The notes beneath the pieces were generated by a model that was not told the origin of the DNA, did no database searches, and was given only the letters and a program-made list of their open reading frames with translations. This document shows positions 26,559 through 36,970 of a DNA stretch of 64,000 nucleotides, piece by piece. The stretch lies in the IMG/VR virus record IMGVR_UViG_3300017763_003980. One strand, 5' to 3'. The first letter of the stretch is position 1; each line of letters starts with the position of its first letter. The translations under genes were made by a program, and so were the position numbers. The DNA comes from a virus (lineage: Duplodnaviria; Caudoviricetes).

Positions 26559-29500
26559 CTAAGCATTTAAAAACATATTCAGTGCGACCGGTGTACCACT
26601 TATGCCGCCTGTATAGTTTACGTTTGTTGTTATATTTATCTCTTGATTGGTTGTATGAGATATTGTCTGACCACTTATATTAACTTGGCCAGCTGTGAGT
26701 GAGTTTACATTTAGTTCACCTGCTCCGCCACCTATTTGACTTGATATGTAAGTCTTGATAGCTCGCTGTGTTGGTACAATACTGTCACTGTTGGCTGTAA
26801 ATGTGCCATCAGTTGAAAACTCAGTAATAGTAGCACTAGTACCACCTAATGATATCTCGCCTAATTGCAGTTCTTGCAAACCGCTTACGTTAAACGCATC
26901 AGCGTTTAATGTTGCTCTACCAGTTGACTGTTCAACACTGAATAATTCGCCAACTCTAAAGTTACCATCTTGGTCAGTTGAAGTATAAAATACTCTACCG
27001 CCTCCAAAGTCTTTTGTTTCGTCTGCTTGATCAGCAGCTGTACTTGGAGTTCCTGGGTAGTTAGTAGTAGTAACTCCTCCAGTACCTACATCTAAGAAGT
27101 CATGTCCTGTTAATCGTACCTGACTATATCTAGATCTAATTGTTACAGCTTCATTGTGTTCTGGAGCATCTGTAACACTTACTGTTGGACTTACTTGTAA
27201 TAGTGCAGAGTAATTACTTCCGCTACCTGAAACCTGTGTTACGCCCACTAGCTTGAGCCATGTGTTTGAGATGCCAGCAATTTCTACGTTTGCACCTTCT
27301 ACTGGTACTGATGTTAGTCCATCAACTTTAATAAACTGTCCTGGCTGATAAAAATCAGCATAACCGTTAGCTGATGCTACTGTTGCTGTAGCAGTATCAT
27401 ATCCTGTACCTCTATTACTAAATGTCGGTTGTCCAAGTACTCCGTCTCCTGTTCTAACTGTGTGAGGAGCTTCAACAGTGTTATTAGGATCAGTAATAGC
27501 CATTGTAGGTGTTGAGCTATATCCTGAACCAGGATGCCATATTCTTATTTGTGTAATTTTACCGTCTTCAACTTTAGCTCTTGCTTTTGCAATATCAGCA
27601 TATGCACTAACACCACCACCACTGAATACTAGTCTTGGTTCAATAACATATTCGGTTGTCGAATCAAGTGCAGAAGCAATACTTGCGCCATATACACTAT
27701 CCCATCCTGAAGAACCGTCACTGTTTTTAAGAACAGTAGCTATTTTAGTTCCTGAGTTATATGCATCAATATATGCATATTGACCCGCTCCAGTGCCACT
27801 TACAATCCAAATAGCCATACCTGCGTAAACTGCACTTCCGTTTGAGTCTGTATTACTAATTGTAATCTGAGTCGCTGTTCCTGCTTGTGCAGTATTAGTT
27901 GCTGTGATATATCCTGCTCCACCAATATTACTTGCTGGATCAGTAAGCCTTACTTCATATACAGCACCGTTGTACACATTTTCTGCACTTATTGCTGCAT
28001 CGTTATTACCGCCAACAATAGTAGTTGTTGTGTCGCCATCAGCATAGTTAACACCAGCATTTGTATATTCAAATAGTAAAATTTGATTTTTATCAGTTAA
28101 TACATTTTTAATATTAGCTTCTGTTGATTGGTTGGTAACTGTTCCTGTAATTGGTGTTTCTGTTGCATCAATGCCTTCTGCTACACAACCAAAGTCACCA
28201 TATGACGAGTTACCGTTTGTAGCTCTTATCTTACCACCATGTTCTGACAAATAACCTATGTGTGCAAAATAACTGAATACACTAACAAGTTCTGCTCTTC
28301 CTAAGTTAGTAACCCATGCTCCAATACCTTCGTCAATAATCTGTGTAAAATCATTTGCTACAATAGAGTCGTTACCGCCATCATGTATATCACCGTCAAT
28401 TTTTAAACCAATACATTTTGTACCAAATGTAGTAACATTTTGTATATAAGGAGATCTACTAGCTATCCATGCTTTTGTATCAGCTGGTCCATAGCCTGGA
28501 TCAAGACTTACAAAGGCGCCTGCTGTTGGTCGTTTGGTTCCATACGCATTAGCACCGCCTAGTGTACCTACTAGTCCGCTTACTGTACAGTTTCTTAATC
28601 CTGTTGCGTTACGCATAAAGAACATATTCTCAGTTGTACTACCGCTAACTGAATTAGCATATAGTAATGCAGCTGAAAGTGTTCTCCAATTACCTGTCCA
28701 AATTAAATCATATTTTATAGCATCTAAGTATCTATTTACATCTCTGGTACAGGCTGCAATAGTATACGTATAGCTTGGATATGTCACCGCAATATAAGCA
28801 TGTACTTCAGCTATTAAAAATGCTCTGTTTGCTTCAATACATTCTACTGCATATGTGTAACCTGTTGAATATTCAGCTGTTTCAGATCCTCTTGTGGTTG
28901 GAACTGTTGAATCACCTGATACTCCATTTACTCGGTAATCAATGTAATCTTCTAATTCTTGAAATAAAGCTTGAGCCGCTTGACCAGCTGCTGAACTACC
29001 AGCAGGTCTTGTTGTAACTTGTGACTCAGCATTACCTGTTGACTTTGTTATTGCACTATTAGCAACAATGTCGTCTATAATTGTTTTTAGTCTCTGTATA
29101 GCTGCAATACTTTTTGGAACATCTGTAGCTTGTGTTTGTACACCTGCAGGTATTATTTTTGTTGAACGTAATTCATCTCCAATCACCGCAGTATTTGCTG
29201 GAACAAGTATAGGTAATGTTTCTGCAAAGGTCCCACTCTTTACATATAAAGAGTTATTAGGAATAACTGCTGCTGTCATTGCAGATACATTGCCTGCTGT
29301 AACAGCTGCTTTAAGTATACCTGCTAAACTTGTAGCAGTTGATAGATCATCTGCAAGTTCTGCTTGTGCTGCTTCAGTTTGTTGTGTAGCTGTAGTATTG
29401 CCAGTAAGTGTTTGATAATTTTGTGCAGGTGCTACATTACTTAATACTGCATCAGCTACAACTAATACCCTATCAATCATTGCGTTAAATTCAGCAGTTT

Positions 29501-31331
29501 TTCCTGTGATGCTAGCATCTGCGTGAATTGCAGTTGTAAGTTTTCTAGTCTCTACATTACCTCCATGACTTAAATCATAAATTAATGCATCAACTAATCT
29601 GCCAACCAAAATAAGCCATGTTGCTTTAGTATACGTAAAGGATCCTGTATACGGACTTGTGTTATTTGCTATTCCATGATCCACAAATTCAACAGCATCA
29701 TGTTGTATAAAACTCTTGTTGATGTGTAATAATCTTTTTGCAGCTGGACGTTCTGCTCCGTCCCAAATTTGTTGTGTAGCGTATTGTATAGTTTTCCATG
29801 GACGGTCTAAAGTCAATCCATAATCACTTGCTGGACTATCAACACCTGTAGTATTTTGTACATAGTAAACATTATTAAGTGCGCCAAAGTATCCCCATTC
29901 TGGAGCATTTCCTGCTGTGTTTACTTTTAATACTTGTCCTTGTGTTCCAATTGGTAATCTTGTTGGACCTGAACCACCATAGTAAACTAAGTCGCCTTGT
30001 GTTGTTAAGTTTCCTGATTCTGCACCTGCAATTAAAACATTCCAGTACACACCGCCTGTATCATTGTCTGGGCGTTTAGGAGTATCTGATGTATGGGCTA
30101 ATATACAAACATAGCTGTTTGCACCATATTTTATAGAATCACCTTTGTCATAAAGTGTTGCTGATGACCAAGTATTTTTCCACTTGAATCCTTCGTTTAG
30201 TAGCTCCCAATATGTATTATTGGGCGGACGTTGCCCTGTATGATCTAATATACATAGATATGTAAAGCCACCTAATCTTACTACATCGCCAACTCTATAT
30301 TCTTCTGAAGAACTATCATCTCCCCAGTCTTGGGCATGTTTAAATCCTGTTGTAAATAAATCCCAGTCTGTAGTATTAGTTGACGGATGTCCTTGCCCTA
30401 CATTATTTGTTTTGGATACGTATGAATAACCACCATAAGTAACAAAGTCACCTGGTTGATAAGTTACTGTACCGCTCCATGTATCTTCAAATTCTAAACC
30501 TTCAACAAACTGTGACCATTTACCCTCGTCAGCAGCGAATGTTGCTTGGCTTGTATGATAAGTTGTGCAAATCCATGTTCCGCCACCATATTTAACAATA
30601 TCGTTAATTTTATAGCGTGTACTAGATGCCCAATCTACTTTATACTCTAAACCTTTGTTTAAATAATCCCATTTTGATTGGTCGTTTTCTAAACCAAGTG
30701 CATCTGACGCAGCTGATGTATGTCCTTCGTTTGCAACATATAGCTGTCCACCGTATCGAACAATATCATTGACTCTATATCTAATCCCAGTAGCCCAGTT
30801 ATTTTTCCAGAAAAATCCTTCGGAAAATATATTCCACTTAGCTTGGTCCGCTTCTAATCCTAGTGTGTCATTTCCTGCAGAAGTGTGCTGAGTAACACAG
30901 ACATACACTGTACCGTTATATTTTGCAATATCGTTTACTTTGTATCTAGTGCTTACAGTCCAATCAGCTTTGTAATCAAATCCTTCTGCAAACAAGTCCC
31001 AACTTGCTGCATTTGCTTCTAGACCATCTGTAAGATTTGCTGCAGAAGTATGTTCTGCGTTTGCAACATATAAATATCCGCCATACTTTACAATGTCATT
31101 AATTTTGTAAAGTGTACTAAAAGTCCAGTCACCTTTCCATTCAGTACCATCGGAAATTTTATTCCAGTATGTTGCTTGACTAGTTGAAAACAGAGCCGGT
31201 GCTGTGTGTCCTTTAATACAAATATATGTATTACCACCGTTTCTAACGATATCATCTTTGTAGTAGGTTGTTGAAAGGGTCCATGTTCCCTTCCATATAA
31301 ACCTAATTCTACCTAACTTAAATTCAGCCAT
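26559..31331 (-). CDS. Large tail fibre/spike with N-terminal Trp-rich CBM-like repeats and a beta-helix-like region
   Basis: Repeated W...T.Y..nDiV.YgG..Y.C...HTS units, then VYYV...G....PWKTI and ANDFTQI motifs. Confidence 0.65.
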   Translation of the reverse strand: MAEFKLGRIRFIWKGTWTLSTTYYKDDIVRNGGNTYICIKGHTAPALFSTSQATYWNKISDGTEWKGDWTFSTLYKINDIVKYGGYLYVANAEHTSAANLTDGLEANAASWDLFAEGFDYKADWTVSTRYKVNDIAKYNGTVYVCVTQHTSAGNDTLGLEADQAKWNIFSEGFFWKNNWATGIRYRVNDIVRYGGQLYVANEGHTSAASDALGLENDQSKWDYLNKGLEYKVDWASSTRYKINDIVKYGGGTWICTTYHTSQATFAADEGKWSQFVEGLEFEDTWSGTVTYQPGDFVTYGGYSYVSKTNNVGQGHPSTNTTDWDLFTTGFKHAQDWGDDSSSEEYRVGDVVRLGGFTYLCILDHTGQRPPNNTYWELLNEGFKWKNTWSSATLYDKGDSIKYGANSYVCILAHTSDTPKRPDNDTGGVYWNVLIAGAESGNLTTQGDLVYYGGSGPTRLPIGTQGQVLKVNTAGNAPEWGYFGALNNVYYVQNTTGVDSPASDYGLTLDRPWKTIQYATQQIWDGAERPAAKRLLHINKSFIQHDAVEFVDHGIANNTSPYTGSFTYTKATWLILVGRLVDALIYDLSHGGNVETRKLTTAIHADASITGKTAEFNAMIDRVLVVADAVLSNVAPAQNYQTLTGNTTATQQTEAAQAELADDLSTATSLAGILKAAVTAGNVSAMTAAVIPNNSLYVKSGTFAETLPILVPANTAVIGDELRSTKIIPAGVQTQATDVPKSIAAIQRLKTIIDDIVANSAITKSTGNAESQVTTRPAGSSAAGQAAQALFQELEDYIDYRVNGVSGDSTVPTTRGSETAEYSTGYTYAVECIEANRAFLIAEVHAYIAVTYPSYTYTIAACTRDVNRYLDAIKYDLIWTGNWRTLSAALLYANSVSGSTTENMFFMRNATGLRNCTVSGLVGTLGGANAYGTKRPTAGAFVSLDPGYGPADTKAWIASRSPYIQNVTTFGTKCIGLKIDGDIHDGGNDSIVANDFTQIIDEGIGAWVTNLGRAELVSVFSYFAHIGYLSEHGGKIRATNGNSSYGDFGCVAEGIDATETPITGTVTNQSTEANIKNVLTDKNQILLFEYTNAGVNYADGDTTTTIVGGNNDAAISAENVYNGAVYEVRLTDPASNIGGAGYITATNTAQAGTATQITISNTDSNGSAVYAGMAIWIVSGTGAGQYAYIDAYNSGTKIATVLKNSDGSSGWDSVYGASIASALDSTTEYVIEPRLVFSGGGVSAYADIAKARAKVEDGKITQIRIWHPGSGYSSTPTMAITDPNNTVEAPHTVRTGDGVLGQPTFSNRGTGYDTATATVASANGYADFYQPGQFIKVDGLTSVPVEGANVEIAGISNTWLKLVGVTQVSGSGSNYSALLQVSPTVSVTDAPEHNEAVTIRSRYSQVRLTGHDFLDVGTGGVTTTNYPGTPSTAADQADETKDFGGGRVFYTSTDQDGNFRVGELFSVEQSTGRATLNADAFNVSGLQELQLGEISLGGTSATITEFSTDGTFTANSDSIVPTQRAIKTYISSQIGGGAGELNVNSLTAGQVNISGQTISHTTNQEINITTNVNYTGGISGTPVALNMFLNA

Positions 31332-31361
31332 TTAACGCTCCATAATCCTTATATATATTTA

Positions 31362-34300
31362 TCAATACCCACCACCATCAAGTGAGTTACCACTATCTGT
31401 GCCATGTCCAAAATACTGTAGTGCTGCTAAATCACCTTTTGCAGCTTTTGTATGATGTGCTTGTGCAGTAAATGTAATTCCTAAAGTAGCATCTGTACTT
31501 GTAATTCTATTTGTATCAATTTGCACTGTTCCTGCAACCAATGCAGTAGCATTAGCACTACTAGTTCCGCCGGACACTCTTGATTCAAGATATCTGCCTA
31601 TTGCTTTTTGTGTAGGCACAATGTTATTAGCATTAGCAACAAATGTAGGTTCTTTAGAAAACTCATTAATTACAACCTGTGTTCCTCCTACTACAATTCC
31701 ACCTAATGTTAATTGTGAAAGTCCTGACAGATTAAATTGTGATGCATTTATTGTAATGATACCAGTGTCTTGTTCAACTTTAAATTGCTCACCAACTCTG
31801 AAGTTACCATCTTGATCAGTTGAAGTATAAAATACTCTACCTGCGTTAGCTTCTCTAACTTCATTTTCTTGTTTTGGATCGTTTGCTGCATCATAGCCTT
31901 CAACGTATCTATTAGGATAATCTGTGCTTGTTTGATTACCTGAACCTATGTCTAAGAAATCGTGTCCTGTTAACCTTACTTGACTATACTGTTGTCTTAT
32001 AGTAATTGCTTCGCCATGAACAGGAGACTCAGCTCTGCCAAGAGTAGGACTAATCGTGATTGTAATATCATATGGTCCAGATCCTGATTGTTCTTCAATA
32101 GTAGACACTTTATAGTCTACATCATTAATACCGTTTATAACCAAGTTATCACCTGGTGAAGGAACTAAACTTATATTTGATAGTCTAAGTGTTGGACCTA
32201 TTTGGAAACTATCTGCATAACCAGATCCACTGATTGATGCTGTAGCTGTTATATAACTTATTCCTCTTTCACTAAACACAGGCTGTGGCAGTACACCGTC
32301 GCCTATTCTTGCAACTTGCGTTGAATTTACAGTTGATTGTGAATCATATACACTCACTGTAGGTGCTGAAGAATACTGGCTTCCGGGTTCGTAAATAAAG
32401 AACTCATTTACTTTGTCTGATTTAACTACTGCTCTTGCAAATGGTTTTGCTCCCCAGCCACTTATAACATTAAAGTTTGTTGAATTTACAGCAACAATTG
32501 ACCATTTTTGTAATGTTGGACTATAAGCCGCATCTGCCCAGTCTTCTGTATCACTTGTTAAGTAGTTTGTGCTATCATCACTATTAAGCCTCCATACTGC
32601 ACCTTCTTGGGATTTTATAAGTTGATTGTTAGAGCCAGCTGATACTCCCATAAATGTTCCGCCGCCGTATACAAATTTATCATAGTCAGTGGCACCAGTA
32701 ATACTATGATGATACCATGTAATACCATCAAAACTAATTGCTGTTTTTGTTAATCCTGTACTATCGTTTGCATTTTGTATTGCAACAAATTTACCATTAC
32801 CAAAAATAACATCATCATAATCTTTAGGAAGTCTAGTGCCTGAACCATCATCATCTAGTTGTATAAAAGTTGCTCCATTATCTGTACTATAAGCTACTCC
32901 ACCTGCACTTCCAACATTCACAGCTACAAAAGTACCATTAGATGCATGTCCAACACCACCTCCATGTGCTACTTTAGTATACTTATGAGTTCCTGAACTT
33001 GCGCCGGATGGTGTAACTACTGTAGTTGTATTTAAATTAGTTGTAGTAGTTAGTTGGTGACTGTCGGTTGTAAATACTGTTCCTTGGCTTCCTTCTTTAT
33101 TTGCTGCACCTGACAAATTAGAAAGATTAGTAAAGTCTGAACTTGTTATATATGCAAGATTATTTGCATGACTTTTTGCCGCTACATCAAAACTATATAT
33201 TGATCCTGTAGGTGTAGTACCATCAAACGTGTCGGTTACAACTAAAATTCTACTTCCGTTAGTATCAGACAATAATTTTTTAACTTTTCTATTTGAAAAT
33301 CTATTAACTGGTGTACTCCATGTTATACCATCTGTTGAGTGAGATGATTGTATATTACTTGCAGAGCTTCCTGTAAATGCTACAAAGCATCCTCCTGCTG
33401 GATACCAAATAACATGTTCCCAGTTTGAAGAACTAGGTGCTGTTCCGGTTGTAGCTGTATATGTATGATCGCTAAATGTAACTCTAGGTTCTAAGGTATA
33501 TCTAGTAGCAGTAGTCATGTCTGTTACATTAGGCCATCCTGGATTTATATGATCCCAACCTGGTTGACCATCTGACTCTCTACTTACTTGTGCAATTTTA
33601 GATGCTGGATCATAACTAGCTATAAAACCATATTGTCCTACACCAAGTCCTTCTTTAATGAATACTCTTAATCCTTGGTACTTTACATTAGTTCCATCTG
33701 TATCTGAAGCGGCTAGTGTAATTGTTGTTGGGCCGCCGTCCTGAGCGGAGTTTAATTTAAATTGAAAGTTATTACCGCCGGCTGCACTTGAGTCACCTGG
33801 GTCTGTGAGTCTTACCTCGTACACACCGCCATCTCTTACTTCTTGATATGTTGCTGCGGCATTTGCACCTTGTCCTCCAAAGTTAACACTACTAGATGAT
33901 GCTACATTTGTAGTACCTGCATTTTTATATTCTAGTGCTAATATCATATTTACATTATCAGTAAGAGCATTCGCTGTTGGGTCTAATGCTCTGTTGTTCA
34001 CTGTACCAGTAATTGCAGTTTCTGTTGCATCAAATCCTTCAGCTACTGATCCAAATGTACCATACGAATTGTTTCCATTTGTTGCACGTATTTTTCCACC
34101 ATCCGATGACAAATAGCCAATATAATTATAGTATGTAAAAATACTAACTATTTCTGTTCTACCATTATTAAGAGCCCAAACACCTATACCGTCACTTATA
34201 ATTTGCGTAAAATCATTAGCAACAATTGATTTGTTTCCTGAATTGTGTAATGATCCATCAATTTTAATGCCTACACATCCTGTTCCAAATGTTGTTACAT

Positions 34301-36236
34301 TTTGTACATAAGAAGATTTTGATGTGATATGCACACTAGTATCTGCAGGACCTGTGCCAGGATCAAGACTAATAAAAGCTCCGCCTGTAGGTCTTTTAGT
34401 TCCATACGCATTTTGAGAACCTAGTGTTCCTATTAATCCTTGTAATGTAAGATTCCTTACGCCGCCGCCATTACTAACATAAAACATATTGTTAGCTTCT
34501 AATCCTGCGTTAGGTTGTATAGTGACACTTCTTAATTCGTCCCCAACAATTGTTGTTTCTTTTGGTATTGAAATTGGAATAATTTCTGAATAGCTACCTG
34601 CTGTTACAAAAATTGTTGCAGGAGCTCTATTAGCCCAATCTTGGTTTATGTAATCACAAGCATACTTAATAGTTTTAAAAGGAGCATTTACAGTAGTACC
34701 GTTAGAATCACTATCAAGACCCGAAGGTGCTACATAGAAAACTTTGCTTACAGGACCAAATTGTCCCCAAGTACTGTTACCACTAGCATCAACTTTTAGC
34801 GTTGCACCAGGCGCACCTATTGGTAGTCTTGTAGTTTGTGTCGCGTCTCTTACACGTAAGTCGCCATCTGTAGTAAGAACGTTGCCGTCGATACCAGCTA
34901 GCATTAACTCCCAATAGTTTTCGTTAGTATTTTCTATATCAAGATCAGGTCTGTTGTCAGACTCAGAACCAGTATGTCTTTGTATACAGTAATATGCACT
35001 ACCATCGTAAGTTACAATATCTCCAATAAGGTATTGTGTATTGTCAACCCAGTCACTTTTCCATCTGTGTCCTGGAACAAGTATTTGCCATTTAGCTGAT
35101 GTATCAGGATATTCTGCATTTGAGTCTGTAATACAAATATAAAGGTATCCGCCGCTTCTTAATACATCACCTGTATAGTATTGCGTAGAATGATCATATT
35201 CTCCTCTATGCCTGTAACCTTGTTTTAATAATTCCCAATCGCCAGTGTCTTGTAATATACCATTTACACTAGGTACACTATTTAAATTGTTTTGTAAACA
35301 AGTATAAGCGTAGCCGCCATATAGAACAATATCACCAACTTGATACTCTGTTGAACTTGCCCATAATAGTTCGTATCCAAATCCTGGAAGCCAAACTGCC
35401 CAATATGAACTTGCTTCATCAGTTCTAAATAATGCATTAGCAGTGTGATGTACTAAACATTTCCATATTGTTTCGCCGTATTTTACAAGATCATTTTTTC
35501 TATATCTAGTAGCAGTAACCCATGTGCCTTTATATTCAAATCCGTCTATTACCGTAGTCCATCTAGCAGAATCTGCTTCTAGTCCTAATGAAGCATCGGC
35601 ATTTGAAGTATGTCCTACTGTACATCTATAAACAATACCATTGTAACGTACAACATCATCAACTCTATATCTAGTTCCTGCTTCCCAGTCTGTACGCCAA
35701 TTATCTGAACGTGTAACTATTTCCCATTTTGCTTGATCTGCTTCTAGTCCGTTGGCTTCATTTTCAGCTGTATGCTTTTCTATACATCGATATGTAATAC
35801 CGTTATATGTTGTAACATCACCTAAATCATAAAAATAACCAGCGGACCAAGTGTTTACCCAGTTGTCTGTGGTTGCAACTAAAGTCCATTTGTCATAGTC
35901 AGTATGAACACCTTGAGATGTAACAACATTAGAAGTATGCGAAGTAACACATCTGTAAACATATCCTTCCCATTTTACTATTTCTCCTACACTATAAAAT
36001 GTAGAGTTTGACCAGTCTCCTCTCCAAACAAATCCGTCTAGCATTAGTTCCCATTTAGGATTTGCATGATTTAGATCTGTATAAAATCCTGTAGAAGAAA
36101 CCTGTGAAGTATGACCAATTATACAAACATAAGCTTTACCTTGATAATATACAATATCATCTTTTCGGTATACTGTTGCAGCATTCCAGGCGTTTTTCCA
36201 TCTAAATCTAATTCTATCTAAGTTAAATTCTGCCAT
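31362..36236 (-). CDS. Large tail fibre/spike, paralog of 26559-31331, with a propeller-like insertion
   Basis: Shared architecture (MAEFxLxRIRFxWK, VRLTGHDFLD.G.G, FYTSTDQDGNFRVG) plus S.DGITW / S.DNGATF BNR-like repeats. Confidence 0.65.
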   Translation of the reverse strand: MAEFNLDRIRFRWKNAWNAATVYRKDDIVYYQGKAYVCIIGHTSQVSSTGFYTDLNHANPKWELMLDGFVWRGDWSNSTFYSVGEIVKWEGYVYRCVTSHTSNVVTSQGVHTDYDKWTLVATTDNWVNTWSAGYFYDLGDVTTYNGITYRCIEKHTAENEANGLEADQAKWEIVTRSDNWRTDWEAGTRYRVDDVVRYNGIVYRCTVGHTSNADASLGLEADSARWTTVIDGFEYKGTWVTATRYRKNDLVKYGETIWKCLVHHTANALFRTDEASSYWAVWLPGFGYELLWASSTEYQVGDIVLYGGYAYTCLQNNLNSVPSVNGILQDTGDWELLKQGYRHRGEYDHSTQYYTGDVLRSGGYLYICITDSNAEYPDTSAKWQILVPGHRWKSDWVDNTQYLIGDIVTYDGSAYYCIQRHTGSESDNRPDLDIENTNENYWELMLAGIDGNVLTTDGDLRVRDATQTTRLPIGAPGATLKVDASGNSTWGQFGPVSKVFYVAPSGLDSDSNGTTVNAPFKTIKYACDYINQDWANRAPATIFVTAGSYSEIIPISIPKETTIVGDELRSVTIQPNAGLEANNMFYVSNGGGVRNLTLQGLIGTLGSQNAYGTKRPTGGAFISLDPGTGPADTSVHITSKSSYVQNVTTFGTGCVGIKIDGSLHNSGNKSIVANDFTQIISDGIGVWALNNGRTEIVSIFTYYNYIGYLSSDGGKIRATNGNNSYGTFGSVAEGFDATETAITGTVNNRALDPTANALTDNVNMILALEYKNAGTTNVASSSSVNFGGQGANAAATYQEVRDGGVYEVRLTDPGDSSAAGGNNFQFKLNSAQDGGPTTITLAASDTDGTNVKYQGLRVFIKEGLGVGQYGFIASYDPASKIAQVSRESDGQPGWDHINPGWPNVTDMTTATRYTLEPRVTFSDHTYTATTGTAPSSSNWEHVIWYPAGGCFVAFTGSSASNIQSSHSTDGITWSTPVNRFSNRKVKKLLSDTNGSRILVVTDTFDGTTPTGSIYSFDVAAKSHANNLAYITSSDFTNLSNLSGAANKEGSQGTVFTTDSHQLTTTTNLNTTTVVTPSGASSGTHKYTKVAHGGGVGHASNGTFVAVNVGSAGGVAYSTDNGATFIQLDDDGSGTRLPKDYDDVIFGNGKFVAIQNANDSTGLTKTAISFDGITWYHHSITGATDYDKFVYGGGTFMGVSAGSNNQLIKSQEGAVWRLNSDDSTNYLTSDTEDWADAAYSPTLQKWSIVAVNSTNFNVISGWGAKPFARAVVKSDKVNEFFIYEPGSQYSSAPTVSVYDSQSTVNSTQVARIGDGVLPQPVFSERGISYITATASISGSGYADSFQIGPTLRLSNISLVPSPGDNLVINGINDVDYKVSTIEEQSGSGPYDITITISPTLGRAESPVHGEAITIRQQYSQVRLTGHDFLDIGSGNQTSTDYPNRYVEGYDAANDPKQENEVREANAGRVFYTSTDQDGNFRVGEQFKVEQDTGIITINASQFNLSGLSQLTLGGIVVGGTQVVINEFSKEPTFVANANNIVPTQKAIGRYLESRVSGGTSSANATALVAGTVQIDTNRITSTDATLGITFTAQAHHTKAAKGDLAALQYFGHGTDSGNSLDGGGY

Positions 36237-36245
36237 GTTCTTTTC

Positions 36246-36626
36246 CTAGTATACTATCTCACCACTTGACGACGATCCATCATCATATGTGTGGTCTTCA
36301 TTAACTCTAACACACAGTTCTCCTTCACTATTGATATAGTAAAAAATATCTCTGTCATCGTGTTTAAATTGTTCGTAATTTAAATTAGCATAAACTAAAT
36401 TATGATTATAATCTCTTCCTTCGTAAAATTCTTGGCCTTCTTCGAAATTAGGGTAGTTGTCAACAGGATCCCCAATTTTATTAATTTGTACCATATCATC
36501 TTGAGCTAGTTGATCGACTTTACTCATAAACAGTTCGCCGTTGTCAGTTCTACGCAATCCGTAAAAGAAACGTTTTCCGTTTTGCATAAAGTATTGTTCT
36601 TGTGATGCTCCTACATAATTTCCCAT
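36246..36626 (-). CDS. Hypothetical protein (probable structural)
   Basis: 126-aa ORF tightly packed in the tail operon. Confidence 0.6.
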   Translation of the reverse strand: MGNYVGASQEQYFMQNGKRFFYGLRRTDNGELFMSKVDQLAQDDMVQINKIGDPVDNYPNFEEGQEFYEGRDYNHNLVYANLNYEQFKHDDRDIFYYINSEGELCVRVNEDHTYDDGSSSSGEIVY

Positions 36627-36636
36627 TTATTTTTCC

Positions 36637-36966
36637 TTATACAATATCCACATAACTTATAACAGCATCAACTGAGTCTGTTTTACTAGATTGAAACAAC
36701 AATGTATTAGTCGGTGCTAGAATTAATTTTTCTGCTGGACCTAAAGGTTTCAAACTTCCTTTAGGTGGTATCATTACATCTTTCAAATAGTATCCTTCAC
36801 TGCTAGCATCGTCACCTATCAGTATGTTTACGCTTACAGCACCTTTAGTTGTGTTTGCTAAACTAATACCAATAATGGTTGAACGTGTACTGCCGTTAGT
36901 TTCTATTGCAACTATTTTTTGTGTTCCAATATCTTTAACTACTTTGTTTCTAAACGTTGTTGCCAT
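36637..36966 (-). CDS. Small virion connector-like protein
   Basis: Same size and pattern as 26229 and 40593 (ends DAVISYVDIV). Confidence 0.55.
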   Translation of the reverse strand: MATTFRNKVVKDIGTQKIVAIETNGSTRSTIIGISLANTTKGAVSVNILIGDDASSEGYYLKDVMIPPKGSLKPLGPAEKLILAPTNTLLFQSSKTDSVDAVISYVDIV

Positions 36967-36970
36967 ATTA

